Source: Mobula hypostoma (taxonomy: Eukaryota). Taken from it: 64,000 nt of DNA. The first letter of the stretch is position 1, and each line of letters begins with the position of its first letter. The notes under the pieces are model-generated. The model did not search any database, was not told the DNA's origin, and was given only the letters and a program-made list of their open reading frames with translations. The stretch lies in the NCBI RefSeq assembly GCF_963921235.1, contig NC_086097.1:40302001-40366000 (forward strand). The letters run 5' to 3'. The translations under genes and the position numbers were made by a program. Of this stretch, positions 22,297 through 34,368 are shown piece by piece.

Positions 22297-23074
22297 GCTG
22301 TCGAATCTTCTCTCATACTTGAATAGGCTTTTCTCTAGTAAAAAATATACATTTGTTAATTGATGCTATATAAATTCAGAGTATTGTTTTTGATGTTATG
22401 TACTAGTGCATTAACAGATTGTCTATGACTATACGTGATATGACTATATGACTAGACATGACTATGAATTACATTTTTCAAAAAGGGAGTATTAAAAGTT
22501 ATTAATAAAAAACAAAAATTGGTTTTTCGAGTTGGAGCTCAAACACTCCATCTGAGCATTGTCAGTAAAAGACCAATTGGATAGAAAATTATAGGCTTCA
22601 CAGATCTGGATATTGAAGAGTAGTGCAGCAGTTCGATGTGACTTAGCTGTGAGCAAACCAGTGTCACTTTTTCTTGTCTTATTTTTAGCAGGAGGAGAAG
22701 ATTACATGAGGACGTTTTTTATTCCCCAGAATGTAGGAGATTGAGGGGTTATATGATCAAAGTTTTCAATTATTGAGAGGAACGGATAGGACAGTGACTA
22801 AATAATGCTATTTCAGTGGGCTGACAATTCGAGGATATAGGTCTTAATGCAGTAATTACAAATAGGCCTTCCATGTGTGAAACAAAGAGATGATTTGATT
22901 AGTAGAGGACGGGGAGAGTTTGAAACTTAGTTGATGTGAGTAAGTTGTTAATTATAAATGTAAGGTTGATACATATTCATTAACTGGAAAGATAAAGGTG
23001 TAATAAGTGAGGTCAGAGATCAGTCTTGATGTCACTGAATGTCAGTACAAGTAAAATGGCCTTCTCTTCTTACT

Positions 23075-23810
23075 ATAGAACATAGAACAATGAACACGGT
23101 ACACTACCGGACACAAAGAAGAGAAAGTCGGCAGATGCTGGAAATCCGAGCAACACACGTAAAATGCTGGAGGAACTCAGCAGTCTAGGCAGCATCTATG
23201 GAAAAGAGTACTGTTGACATTTTGGGCTGAGACCCTTTATTGGGACTAGAGTCAAATAGAGGTGGGGGGGGAAGGGAGGAAGAAACACAAAGTCATAGGT
23301 AAAACTGGACAGGCTACTTGGCGCACAATATTGTGCTAATCTTGTTGCCAGTTTGTACTGTACATTCTCTTCCTGTGTATCATCCATATCCTCCCATTCC
23401 CTTCATATTTATATGTCTATCTAAAAGCCTCTTAAACACAAAACTGCAAACAACAGGAATTCTGCAGATGCTGGAAATTCAACTTTGATGTGTGTTGCAT
23501 AAACACAAAAGTGCCTGCTTTCACTATTAATCCTGGTAACCTACACTCTCAGCATAAAAAATCGGATCTCCCACATCCACCTCCCAAGCCTTAAAAAACA
23601 CGTTTTCTTGTTTTTGATACTTCTACCCTAGAGAAAAAGATTCTGACTCTCTACACCATCTATGCCTTTCATAATTTTAGGAATATCTATCAGGTTTAAA
23701 AATTTTGAATTCTAATGTTCTAGGGAAAACAACCTAAGTTTATTTAGTCTTATAGATCATACCCTGTAACCCAGGCAACATCCTGGTAAGCATCTTCTGG
23801 TATCTTTCTA
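23075..23810 (-). mobile_element. Old CR1 3' fragment containing two Penelope insertions (~23112-23310 and 23444-23499)
   Basis: (atagaac)n tail and CR1 3' motifs. The 56-bp insert is flanked by TSD taaacacaaaa (23433-23443, 23500-23510). Confidence 0.7.
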
Positions 23811-24329
23811 TTTTGGCTTCTGACAATCTAAAGATGGTTTTCTGGAAGTTGCTTTATGCCCAGCCTGAGGCACAGAAGGCAATGGGTGCAGGGTATTTGT
23901 CTACGGTGTGTCCGCTTTTAGAGTTACAACTGCTAAGTGTGCATCACTGTGAGTGCTTCAGGTTAAAGCAGGGCAAAACAGTTTCTCATTGTAAGCTTTT
24001 CTTTTGTTAATGCAAATCACTTTTTCAGTGTCTTGGGAGAGATAAAAATACATGGTTACAGTGATGCTGAATGGAGCTAAGAAATTTACACTGAACACTG
24101 ATTGCCAGGCGCAGCAATAGAGGTAGAATGTGCTACAGGAGGCAGCATGCTATGTTGTTGAGTTAAGGTGGTACATGTTGCAACAAGTAATATCAGCAAA
24201 GTGATGCTTCTAAACCCTGCAACCAGTGGTGTGACACAAATGCTTTCTGTCACAATAAAATTGGGGAAGTAGGTCACCAGGTCCTTTATGGCTAATGGTG
24301 AAATCGGCTCTCCTTCTATGCTATTTCCA

Positions 24330-26900
24330 CATAACTCTCTGTTTCTGATCATTCAAATTGTTGTCTGTCTCCTCCTGACTATATCTAATAATCTGCCCTC
24401 CACCACTCTTGAGGCAGAGAATTCCAGAGAGTCTCTACCCTCCAGGATAAGAAATTTCCATGCACCTCAGTTTTTTGATTACCATGCCCCCAAGTGCCTT
24501 TGACAACATCTCAACATCTACCGTGTCAAGTCGCTCTTGTGTATGATTGGCTTACGCCACCCTTCATTCTTCTAAACTCCATTCTTAGCCTGTCTCGAAG
24601 GGTCAATCTTTCATCCCATGGATTAGCCTGAGTAATCTCCTTTGGGGTGCCTCAATGCTACTGACCCAAAACTGTGCATGTTAGTCATGTGTGGTCTCAC
24701 CAACCCCTTAACGATTGTAACACAACCTTCCTTTGTTAAGCTCTAAGGGCAAAAAGCTGTTCACCATCTTAGCTACCTCAAATTCAAATCTACTGTCAAA
24801 TACCACATACAAACTTGAGATACAGTACATCTTCTTGTGGGCACACACAAAACAAAGAAGCACAATAGAATACATGAACAACCACACACGATAAAGACCG
24901 ACACACATCCAATGCGCAAAAGAGGATAAATCACACAAATAGAATAAAAAGTAAACAAATGACACATAGAACATGAAGCTGCAGCAACCCCAAAAGTGAG
25001 TCCACAACAGCAAAGTCAGTTTAGCGCCGAGGCGAGTGAATCTGGTACAGGAACCTAATGGCCGCAGAGCAAGAACTGCTCCTGAACCTGGCAGTGTGAG
25101 ACCCAAGACTCCCTTATCTCCCACCCAATGGCGGAAGTGAGAAGAGGAGGACATGGGTGAAATGCAGGCAGATGATGCTGAACACTTCTGCTCTCACCCT
25201 CAATGATTTTAATCTGCTCGACACTTTAATTGGCATGGAGTTATAGAGCTAAGCACGGGTTTGATTTCCGCTCTCAAGCCTCAACACAGCATCTACCCCC
25301 AGCAATGGCCACCCTGGCCGTGCCTATATTCTTGAGAGTCAAATTCGCCAAATCCTTCAGAGACTGTAAATCACTAATATGTTTAGACAGTACAGAAGTA
25401 CATTTCTTAAAGGAAAATTATAGGCTGTGAATTGCAGTGATTGTAGTTTAGAAGAAGTGCATCTTTGTGAGCTGCCCTCAAAACATTGCTGTATATCGCC
25501 AATGCTATCTTGGACTGTCTACTGGAATACCTCCTGAACCTGTCAGCCGCCATTTTGTGATTTATTCACTAGAATGCCTAGAGCCCTCTAAGCCATAGGG
25601 AGATTTAAGGGACTGTTTGATAGGCACATGGATAAAAGAAAAATGGATGGATATGTGGGAATGAAACTTTGGAATGATCTTGGAGGAGGGTAAAAGATTA
25701 GCACAACATTGCGGACAGAAGATGTTGTACTATGCTGTACTGATCTATGTTCTATGTTCACTCCTTTGCAGTTTCATTATATTTAGATAATAAGCCATCT
25801 TTTGATCTCTCCTATCCAAGTAAATGACCTCACATTTCCCCACATTAAGCTCCATTTGTCAGGTTTTTGCCCAATCTGTCAACCCATTAACATAGACACA
25901 AGAAATTCTGCAGCTGCTGGAAATCCAAAGCAACACACACAAAATGCTGGAGAAACTCAGCAGGTCAGGCAGCATCTATGGAAATGAACAAGCAGTTGAC
26001 ATTTTGGGCTGAGACCCTTCTTCAGAACTACTTATACCCTGCTGCAGAATCACAAAATCCCCCATTGCAAACACCCTTTCATTTATTTTTGTATCATCAG
26101 CAAATATGAAACCTTTCATGTTGATTCCTCCTCCAGGGCATTAGTGTAAATAGTAAGCAATGGTGGGCTAAGAACTGATCTCCAGGGTACTCCATTAGTT
26201 ACATCCCTCCAGCTAGAAAGGGGTACATTTAGTCCACTACTTTCTGTGACAGCCAGTTTTCAATCCATGCTAATATACTTCTTCCTATGCCATGGGCTCT
26301 TAACTTATACACCGGACTCTTAGGTGGCATTTTGGAATCTAAATACACTATGTCACCATGTTTCTCTCTATCAATACATGCTCATTTCTCTTGCCGATAG
26401 TTGTGCAACTTCCATCTTCCTCCCGTTTGGAACAAGGGGCCTTTCATTGCTTTTTGTTTCACAATCTTCCAGTACCCTTCTGGAATTTAGCAAGTTTTGA
26501 AAATTTTTGGAAAATGAGTCCATGATCTCTGAAACCTTGAAAATCCTTGGGTGCAGGCTATTAGTTCTCAGTGATTGGTCTACCTTCAGCCTCATGGGTT
26601 TCACTAATACTTTATCCTTTGTGATTGGGGTTTTTGCAAGTTCCTTTATATTAGTTGAAGTTAGCCCATCTGTTTGGGCCATTTGCACCATTCTCCACAG
26701 TGCAGACCTTTAGCAAAAAATGCATTTAACATATCTACCTTTCCTTTATTTCCTTTTTTCTGGAGGTTTCATACGTACCTTGGATGCCTTTCTACTTGTA
26801 TATCCATAGCAGCCCTTACTGCTTGTTTTGATTAATAAACACAAGTTTTCTCTCTAACTGAATTTCTTTCCTTTCTTATGAACTTTTTAGTCTTTTGCTG
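24330..26900 (-). mobile_element. Highly decayed CR1, interrupted by younger elements including a Penelope mini-copy at ~25895-26029
   Basis: Minus-strand remnants of RT motifs: atcatcagcaaat (FADD-like), gggtactccattagttac (TSGVP-like), LKVDQS..LHPRIFK. Confidence 0.6.
24778..25520 (-). mobile_element. Apparently full-length non-autonomous retroposon with Rex1-type tail
   Basis: 5' end gtccaagatagcattggcg (AAGATGGCG-like), no recognisable protein homology, 3' tttgaatttga tail; homologous to 7366-8105. Confidence 0.55.
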
Positions 26901-27559
26901 CTGGATCCTAGAAGTCTCTTAGTGTCCAGCAATAATCCTGGCTATCAGTCCCTTGCCCTGCCACAGCCCTTGCTACTGCCCCTTACCATAAGCTTTTATT
27001 TTGCTTAATAAAGTACCCTTAATAATTTACATCACCAACTATTTTCTTAGAGACAGAATCAAAGAATAAAGGAATATGTCTGAGTCCTTAACTTGTACAA
27101 GGTACCAAATAGAGACAGAATAAAGATGAATTAATGTAGAGCAATAAAAACTGAAAGTGTTTTTTTGTTCAGTATTATTACTAATGTTACAGCAACGAAG
27201 ATATTTTGACATTTTAGTACATTCATTGCCTGCCTTTATTATCAGCTAACAGGTCAACCTGTGAAATTTAAAGATTAACTCTTCACGCACTTACAAGTAG
27301 TGTACTGTAGTTTAAATGATATTCTAATATCCTTTCATAAGTTGGAGCTGCAACAGAGTGACAGATTCAATGTGAAACCTACTCACATTGCACAGTTACA
27401 AGCTACTAAGGCCAGCTTGTAAAACAGATTTACTATCACACTTTTCACACGGCTGTTTTACAATAATCATAGAAGCAGTCAATGACTAAATAAAACTTTA
27501 ATATGATATGTTTTGTGGCAACAGGTGTCCATTTTTATTTATCTTCTTATTTTTGATAT

Positions 27560-28046
27560 TATAGAACAGTACAGGCCATTCAACCCACAATGTTGTGCTG
27601 ACTTTTTCACTTAAACATCAATCTAACCCTCCCATGCAGCCCTTATTTTTTCTTTCATCCACATGCCTATCTAATAGTCTCTTGAATGTACCTAATGTAT
27701 CTGCCTTTACAACTACCCTTGACACCATCTTCCAGGCACCTACCACTCTGTGTAATATAAAAAAAGACAACTTCAGACATCCTCCCTATGCTTTCCTCCA
27801 ATAACCTTATAATTATGCCCACTCATATTAGCCATTTCCACTTTTGGGGGGAGGGGGAAGTCTTTGACTGGTCACTCAATTTATGCCTCTTATCATCTTG
27901 TACACCTCTCAAGTCACACTTCATCCTCATTCACTCCAAAGAGTGAATTCAATCTTTTCTCATAGGACATGTTCTCTAATCCAGGCAGCATCCTGGTAAA
28001 TCTCCTCTGCACCCTCTGCAAAATTTCCACATCCTTCCTATAATGA
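27560..28046 (-). mobile_element. Old CR1 3' fragment that hosts the young CR1 (resumes at 30782-30830)
   Basis: acatccttcctataatga|ggcgaccagaa is contiguous CR1 sequence once the insert is removed. Confidence 0.75.
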
Positions 28047-30781
28047 AAGAAAAGGAGGTGGGGTGGCGTTGCTGGTTAGAGAGGAGATTAACGCAATAGA
28101 AAGGAAGGACATAAGCCGGGAGGATGTGGAATCGATATGGGTAGAGCTGCATAACACTAAGGGGCAGAAAACGCTGGTGGAAGTTGTGTACAGGCCACTT
28201 AACAGTAGTAGTGAGGTTGGGGATGGTATTAAACAGGAAATTAGAAATGTGTGCAACAAAGGAACAACAGTTATAATGGGTGACTTCAATCTACATGTAG
28301 ATTAGGTGAACCAAATTGGTAAGGGTGCTGAGGAAGAGGATTTCTTGGAATGTATGCGGGATGGTCTTTTGAACCAACATGTCGAGGAACCAACTAGAGA
28401 GCAGCCTATTCTAGACTGGATATTGAGCAATGAGGAAGGGTTAATTAGCAATCTTGTCGTGAGAGGCCCCTTGGGTAAGAGTGACCATAATATGGTGGAA
28501 TTCTTCATTAAGATGGAAAGTGACATAGTTAATTCAGAAACAAAGGTTCTGAACTTAAAGAAGGGTAACTTTGAAGGTATGAGACGTGAATTAGCTAAGA
28601 TAGATTGGCAAATGACACTTAAAGGGTTGACGGTGGATATGCAATGGCAAGCATTTAAAGATCGCATGGATGAACTACAGCAATTGTTCATCCCAGTTTG
28701 GCAAAAGAATAAATCAAGGAAGGTAGTGCACCTGTGGCTGACAAGGGAAATTAGGGATAGTATCAATTCCAAAGAAGAAGCATACAAATTAGCCAGAAAA
28801 AGTGGCTCACCTGAGGACTGGGAGAAATTCAGAGTTCAGCAGAGGAGGACAAAGGGCTTAATTAGGAAGGGGAAAAAAGATTATGAGAGAAAACTGGCAG
28901 GGAACATAAAAACTGACTGTAAAAGTTTTTATAGATATGTGAAAAGAAAAAGATTGGTTAAGACAAATGTAGGTCCCCTACAGACAGAAACAGGTATATT
29001 GATTATGGGGGGCAAGGACATGGCAGACCAATTGAATAATTACTTTGGTTCTGTCTTCACTAAGGAGGACATAAATAATCTTCTGGAAATAGTAGGGGAC
29101 AGAGGGTCCAGTGAGATGGAGGAACTGAGGGAAATACATGTTAATAGGGAAGTGGTGTTAGGTAAATTGAAGGGATTAAAGGCAGATAAATCCCCAGGGC
29201 CAGATGGTCTGCATCCGAGAGTGCTTAAGGAAGTAGCCCAAGAAATAGTGGATGCATTAGTGATAATTTTTCAAAACTCTTTAGATTCTGGACTAGGTCC
29301 TGAGGATTGGAGGGTGGCTAATGTAACCCCACTTTTTAAAAAAGGAGGGAGAGAGAAACCAGGGAAATATAGACCGGTTAGCCTAACATCGGTGGTGGGG
29401 AAACTGCTAGAGTCAGTTATCAAAGATGTGATAACAGCACATTTGGAAAGCGGTGAAATCATCGGACAAAGTCAGCATGGATTTGTGAAAGGAAAATCAT
29501 GTCTGACGAATCTCATAGAATTTTTTGAGGATGTAACTAGTAGGGTGGATAGGGGAGAACCAGTGGATGTGGTATATTTGGATTTTCAAAAGGCTTTTGA
29601 CAAGGTCCCACACAGGAGATTAGTGTGCAAACTTAAAGCACATAGTATTGGGGGTAAGGTATTGATGTGGATAGAGAATTGGTTGGCAGACAGGAAGCAA
29701 AGAGTGGGAATAAACGGGACCTTTTCAGAATGGCAGGCAGTGACTAGTGGGGTACCGCAAGCTCAGTGCTGGGACCCCATTTGTTTACAATATATATTAA
29801 TGACTTGGATGAGGGAATTAAATGCAGCATCTCCAAGATTGCGGATGACACGAAGCTGGGCGGTAGTGTTAACTGTGAGGAGGATGCTAAGAGGATGCAG
29901 GGTGACTTGGATAGGTTAGGTGAGTGGGCAAATTCATGGCAGATGCAATTTAATGTGGATAAATGTGAAGTTATCCACTTTGGTGGCAAAAATAGGAAAA
30001 CAGATTATTATCTGAATGGTGGCCGATTAGGAAAAGGGGAGGTGCAACAAGACCTTGGTGTCGTTGTACACCAGTCATTGAAAGTGGGCATGCAGGTACA
30101 GCAGGCGGTGAAAAAGGCGAATGGTATGCTGGCATTTATAGCAAGAGGATTCGAGTACAGGAGCAGGGAGGTACTACTGCAGTTGTACAAGGCCTTGGTG
30201 AGACCACACCTGGAGTATTGTGTGCAGTTTTGGTCCCCTAATCTGAGGAAAGACATCCTTGCCATAGAGGGAGTACAAAGAAGGTTCACCAGATTGATTC
30301 CTGGGATGGCAGGACTTTCATATGATGAAAGACTGGATGAACTAGGCTTATACTCGTTGGAATTTAGAAGATTGAGGGGGGATCTGATTGAAATGTATAA
30401 AATCCTAAAGGGATTGGACAGGCTAGATGCAGGAAGATTGTTCCCGATGTTGGGGAAGTCCAGAACGAGGGGTCACAATTTGAGGATAAAGGGGAAGGAA
30501 GCCTTTTAAGACCGAGATTAGGAAAAACTTCTTCACACAGAGAGTGTTGAATCTGTGGAATTCTCTGCCACAGGAAATAGTTGAGGCCAGTTCATTGGCT
30601 ATATTTAAGAGGGAGTTAGATATGGCCCTTGTGGCTAAAGGGATCAGGGGGTATGGAGGGAAGGCTGGTACAGGGTTCTGAGTTGGATGATCAGCCATGA
30701 TCATACTGAATGGCGGTGCCGGCTCGAAGGGCTGAATGGCCTACTCCTGCACCTATTTTCTATGTTTCTATGTCTATGTTT
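28047..30781 (+). mobile_element. Young CR1 LINE with near-complete ORF2 (partial APE endonuclease plus RT)
   Basis: GGGVALLV, VYRP, MGDFN, SDHN endonuclease motifs; RT motifs; one stop at 28303-28305 and frameshifts near 29760 and 30497; (ttctatgt)n tail; 9-bp TSD ctataatga at 28038-28046 and 30782-30790. Confidence 0.95.
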
Positions 30782-31567
30782 CTATAATGAGGCGACCAGA
30801 ATTGAAAACAATATTCCAGCTGTACTCTGTGTACTTTGATTCGCCCATGTCTTGGCCTCTACAGCCGCTCGTGGCAACAAATTCCACAGGTTTACCACTA
30901 CAGATATATTACTATTCTTTAAGACTTCAACTGAAGTCTTAAAGAGTTTTTTTTCCAGTAACTTTAATGTAGTTGTAGAAAATGACTTAAGGCAACTTCT
31001 GAAGGGTATACCAAAATTACATTTATCCATGACATTCATGTATACTGATGGTCTTAAGTGCAAACTTGTAAGAGTTTCTGTGTTTGCACCTAAATCAGTG
31101 AAGTAATGCTTCTTAAATCTGAGGCATTCTACAAACCTGAGGACATATTATCCAGTTTAAATCCATGGGGAGTTATCTGATTTCTGAAGATAAATGCAAA
31201 CTGGAAGAGATGGATGTTCTCCTGCATCTCTGCCAATCTTCTGTCAGTAGCTTAGGCACATTGCAAGAAATCCTGCAGAAAATGCCAGGCAGGCAATATT
31301 AACATTGTTTCTAGTTTGTAACCAGCAATGAAAAATAGAAAAATGCAGAAATATGACATATATGTACATTGATAAATTTTCTTTGAACTTTGAAATCTCC
31401 ATAATTTGCAATACTATGGTATCTTGAATAATATAGCAGAGAATTAGGATATTTGGCCCATCAATCTTGCACAAGAGCTTTTTCCATGTGAGACACCCAG
31501 TCTAATTGCATACTATTGTTTATTACCTGCACTTCTTTATTCACTTCACCATCAAATTTTCTTTTAA

Positions 31568-31812
31568 AGACCATAAGATATAGGAGCAGAAGTGGGCCAC
31601 TCGGCCCATCAAGTCTGCTCCGTCATTCAATCATGGGCTGATCCAATTCCTTCAGTCATCCCTACTCCTCTGACTTCACCCCATACCCTTTGATGCCCTG
31701 GCTAATGAAGGACCTATCTACGTATCTCTGCCTTAAATACACCCAATGACTTGGCCTCCACAGCCGCTCGTGGCAACAAATTCCACAGATTTACCACCAC
31801 AGATTTATTATT
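31568..31812 (-). mobile_element. CR1 3' end fragment
   Basis: agaccataagatataggagcagaag..., closely similar to 8243-8470. Confidence 0.85.
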
Positions 31813-32154
31813 ATTCTTTAATAATAATTTCTGGCAGATGATCCCTCCACCATCTTTGCAAAGAAATATATTTTTTATAATCTTTCCTTTTATTGTTCTT
31901 CCAATATTTATTCTTCAATGAAAATCACAACAGTAATCTGATCAATATTATAGGGCTGTTTCTGAAAGTTTCAGAGTGCAAACTGGGTACTGCTTCACCT
32001 GCATTACTGTAGAACTTGCTTATCTGTAAAGCAACAAATGTATATGAATATATATTGTATACATGAAAGCTTTTCTTTTTCTCTCATGATTATCAACTAT
32101 TTCTTAAGAACAATCCCTATAATCCCAAATACCAGCTCACTTTCATTTAAAAAA

Positions 32155-33082
32155 AAATCAGAATCAGGTTTAATGTCACCGGCACATGTCGTGAAATTTG
32201 GTAACTTAGTTGGAACAGAACAATACAATTCATGATAATATAGAGGAAAAAGTTACCAAATCAATTACATTAAGTATATATGCCCATATTAAATAGTTAA
32301 ATTAAAAAAACAGAAATAATATAAAAAGGTGAGGTAGTGTTCAAGGATTCAATGTCCATTTAGGAATTGGACAGCAGAGGGGAAGAAGCTGTTCCTGAAC
32401 TGTTGAGTGTGTGCCTTCAGGCTTCTGTACCTCCTTCCTGATGGTAACAATGAGAAGAGGGAAAGTCCTGGGTGATGGGGGTCCTTAATAATGGATGCTG
32501 ACTTTCAGAGGCACCACTCCTTGAAGATGTATTGGATTCTACGGAGGTATCTTCACAACTAATTTTACTTGTAAAGCTAATCTTACAACTTTCTGTAGCT
32601 TCTTACGGTCCTGTGCTGTGACCCCCCCCCCCCGACCCCCACATAGCAGACTGTTGGAATGCTGTCCACTATATAATATTTAAAAGGACAAAACTCATCA
32701 AATCTCTTTATAACTGTAACCCTTCACATTTGCAGGATTATAGTGTGTTTTGGAGTTCTATCATGTTCAGATGCCTCACAGGTCGTCATGGCAACTGCTC
32801 TGCCTGTGGCTCCAGAAACTGTAGAGTGATGTGGCCACAGCTCAGCACATCATGGAAATCGGCCTCCCTTCCTCAGACTCTATGCATACTTCTCACTTCC
32901 TCGATGAAGCAGCGGGCATAATCAAAACCCCCAGCCGCCTTGGTCAGTCTTTCTCCTTTTCCCTTCCATCGGGCAGAAGATACAAAAGCCTGAAAGCACG
33001 TACCACCAAACTCAAGGACAGCTTCTATCCCATTTTATAATATTGTACTGTATCTCAGTAAACGTGACAATAACAAACCAAT
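32155..33082. mobile_element. Two Rex1/Babar-type 3' fragments (32155-32660 minus; 32740-33082 plus)
   Basis: (aatcag)n tail; LPSGRRYKSLKARTTKLKDSFYP in ORF 32831..33040. Confidence 0.75.
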
Positions 33083-33667
33083 TCATCCTCAACTCATTCA
33101 GTGGGCATTTTGCTAAGCAAGATATATTAGAGCAGTTTGATAGAGCATCCAGGAGAAGAGCAAGCTCTCTATTTAGCCTTACAGCAGACCATTACACAGT
33201 GCCTTCTCTGCAGTTTCCATCAAAGGGTGGAGTGCAAAACTATGAATGTCATTTCAGATTTGAGTTACTTATTTCATGATCCTGCCGTAATGCATACACA
33301 GTGGAAAACCCATCATCTTCAAATGGAAATAGTGAAACTTCATCTCATTTAAAGTTGTTCATTTGTAGACTGTGTTGTTAAACTTCTGTATTTCTGATAT
33401 CTTGATGCCATAATAAATAAATCAAGCTTAGATTAATTCCACAGAGAGCTATCTCTACTTTGTTCAGCCCAGCCCAATCTCAAATTTGTCTACATCTGAA
33501 ATTGGTCATCAAGACTTGCTCTCCTTTAGAATAATTGTCAATTGCTGCTGAAAATAACTGGAAAAAACACAACTGCAAAAGGAAATATAATTTTATTTTC
33601 TTTATTCAAAAAATAGTTTAGTTCCCTTTGAACCTTGTAACTCTTCCTTCTCTACATCAGTGATATA

Positions 33668-33983
33668 CGACAGGTGATTGATAAGTTCGTGGCCTAAGGT
33701 AGAAGGATTCAATTTTAGAAAAACTAGCATATTTATTTTTCAACATAGTCCCCTCCTACATTTACACACTTAGTCCAGCGGTTGCGGAGCATACGGATCT
33801 TGGACCTCCAGAAAGTGTCCACAGCAGGGGTGATTGATAAGTTCGTGACCTAAGGTAGAAGGAGATGAGTTATACGGCTCTCGTTACATGCACATGCAGT
33901 TCAATGCTTTGAGTGATTATGCAGAAAGTTTGAGGTTAATAACTCATTTGTACCTTTGGCCATAAACTTATCAATCACCCTTG
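33668..33983. mobile_element. Tc1/mariner-derived MITE
   Basis: Terminal inverted repeats (TIRs) cga..ggtgattgataagtt.gtggcc.aaggta / tacctttggccataaacttatcaatcacccttg, TA at both flanks, third internal TIR copy at ~33826-33863. Confidence 0.85.
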
Positions 33984-34198
33984 TATGCCTATAGCAAAAT
34001 ACTTTAAAAATCAAGCTCTATATATGGATTTACCCATATTGGATCCTTAACCATTTGTACAGCATCAGCACATTCACGTCCTCATCATCTGTTCACTGCC
34101 TGTGTTAATTGTAGGAATATACTAAATAACAGTTGCATCTGTTCCTGTACCTCCAACATACAATCACTAAATCTTAATGCACTTTTAACTGACAAGCT

Positions 34199-34368
34199 CA
34201 CAAGCAAGAGAAAATCTGCAGATGTGGAAAATCCAAGCAACATACACAAAATGCTGGAGGAACTCAGCAGGTCAGGCAGCATCTATGCAAAAAAGTACAG
34301 TCGACGTTTCGAGCCGAAACCATTCGGCAGGAACTCGCTGAGTTCCTCCAGCATTTTGTGTGTGTTGC
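34199..34368. mobile_element. Penelope-like mini-insertion with short inverted tail copy
   Basis: Minus-strand hammerhead plus tail (34199-34336), plus-strand tail (34337-34368), ~21-bp TSD tgcacttttaactgaYaagct at 34178-34198 and 34366-34386. Confidence 0.88.

Larger units (their letters stand above)
21164..22302. mobile_element. Penelope-like insertion forming a ~1 kb inverted repeat
   Basis: Arms 21256-21766 and 21794-22298, each encoding DLPVATHFNS...RLEEQHLIF.LGSLQPDGMNIDF. 16-bp TSD gaatcttctctcatac at 21148-21163 and 22303-22318. Confidence 0.93.

Noticed and set aside
21164..22302. Fold-back assembly artefact or DNA transposon with long TIRs
   Set aside because: Arms are non-identical, bracketed by an exact 16-bp TSD, and encode Penelope GIY-YIG rather than a transposase; read-level confirmation is still advisable.
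28306..29919. 537-aa ORF as a host or functional gene
   Set aside because: It is CR1 ORF2, 5'-truncated with a stop and frameshifts.
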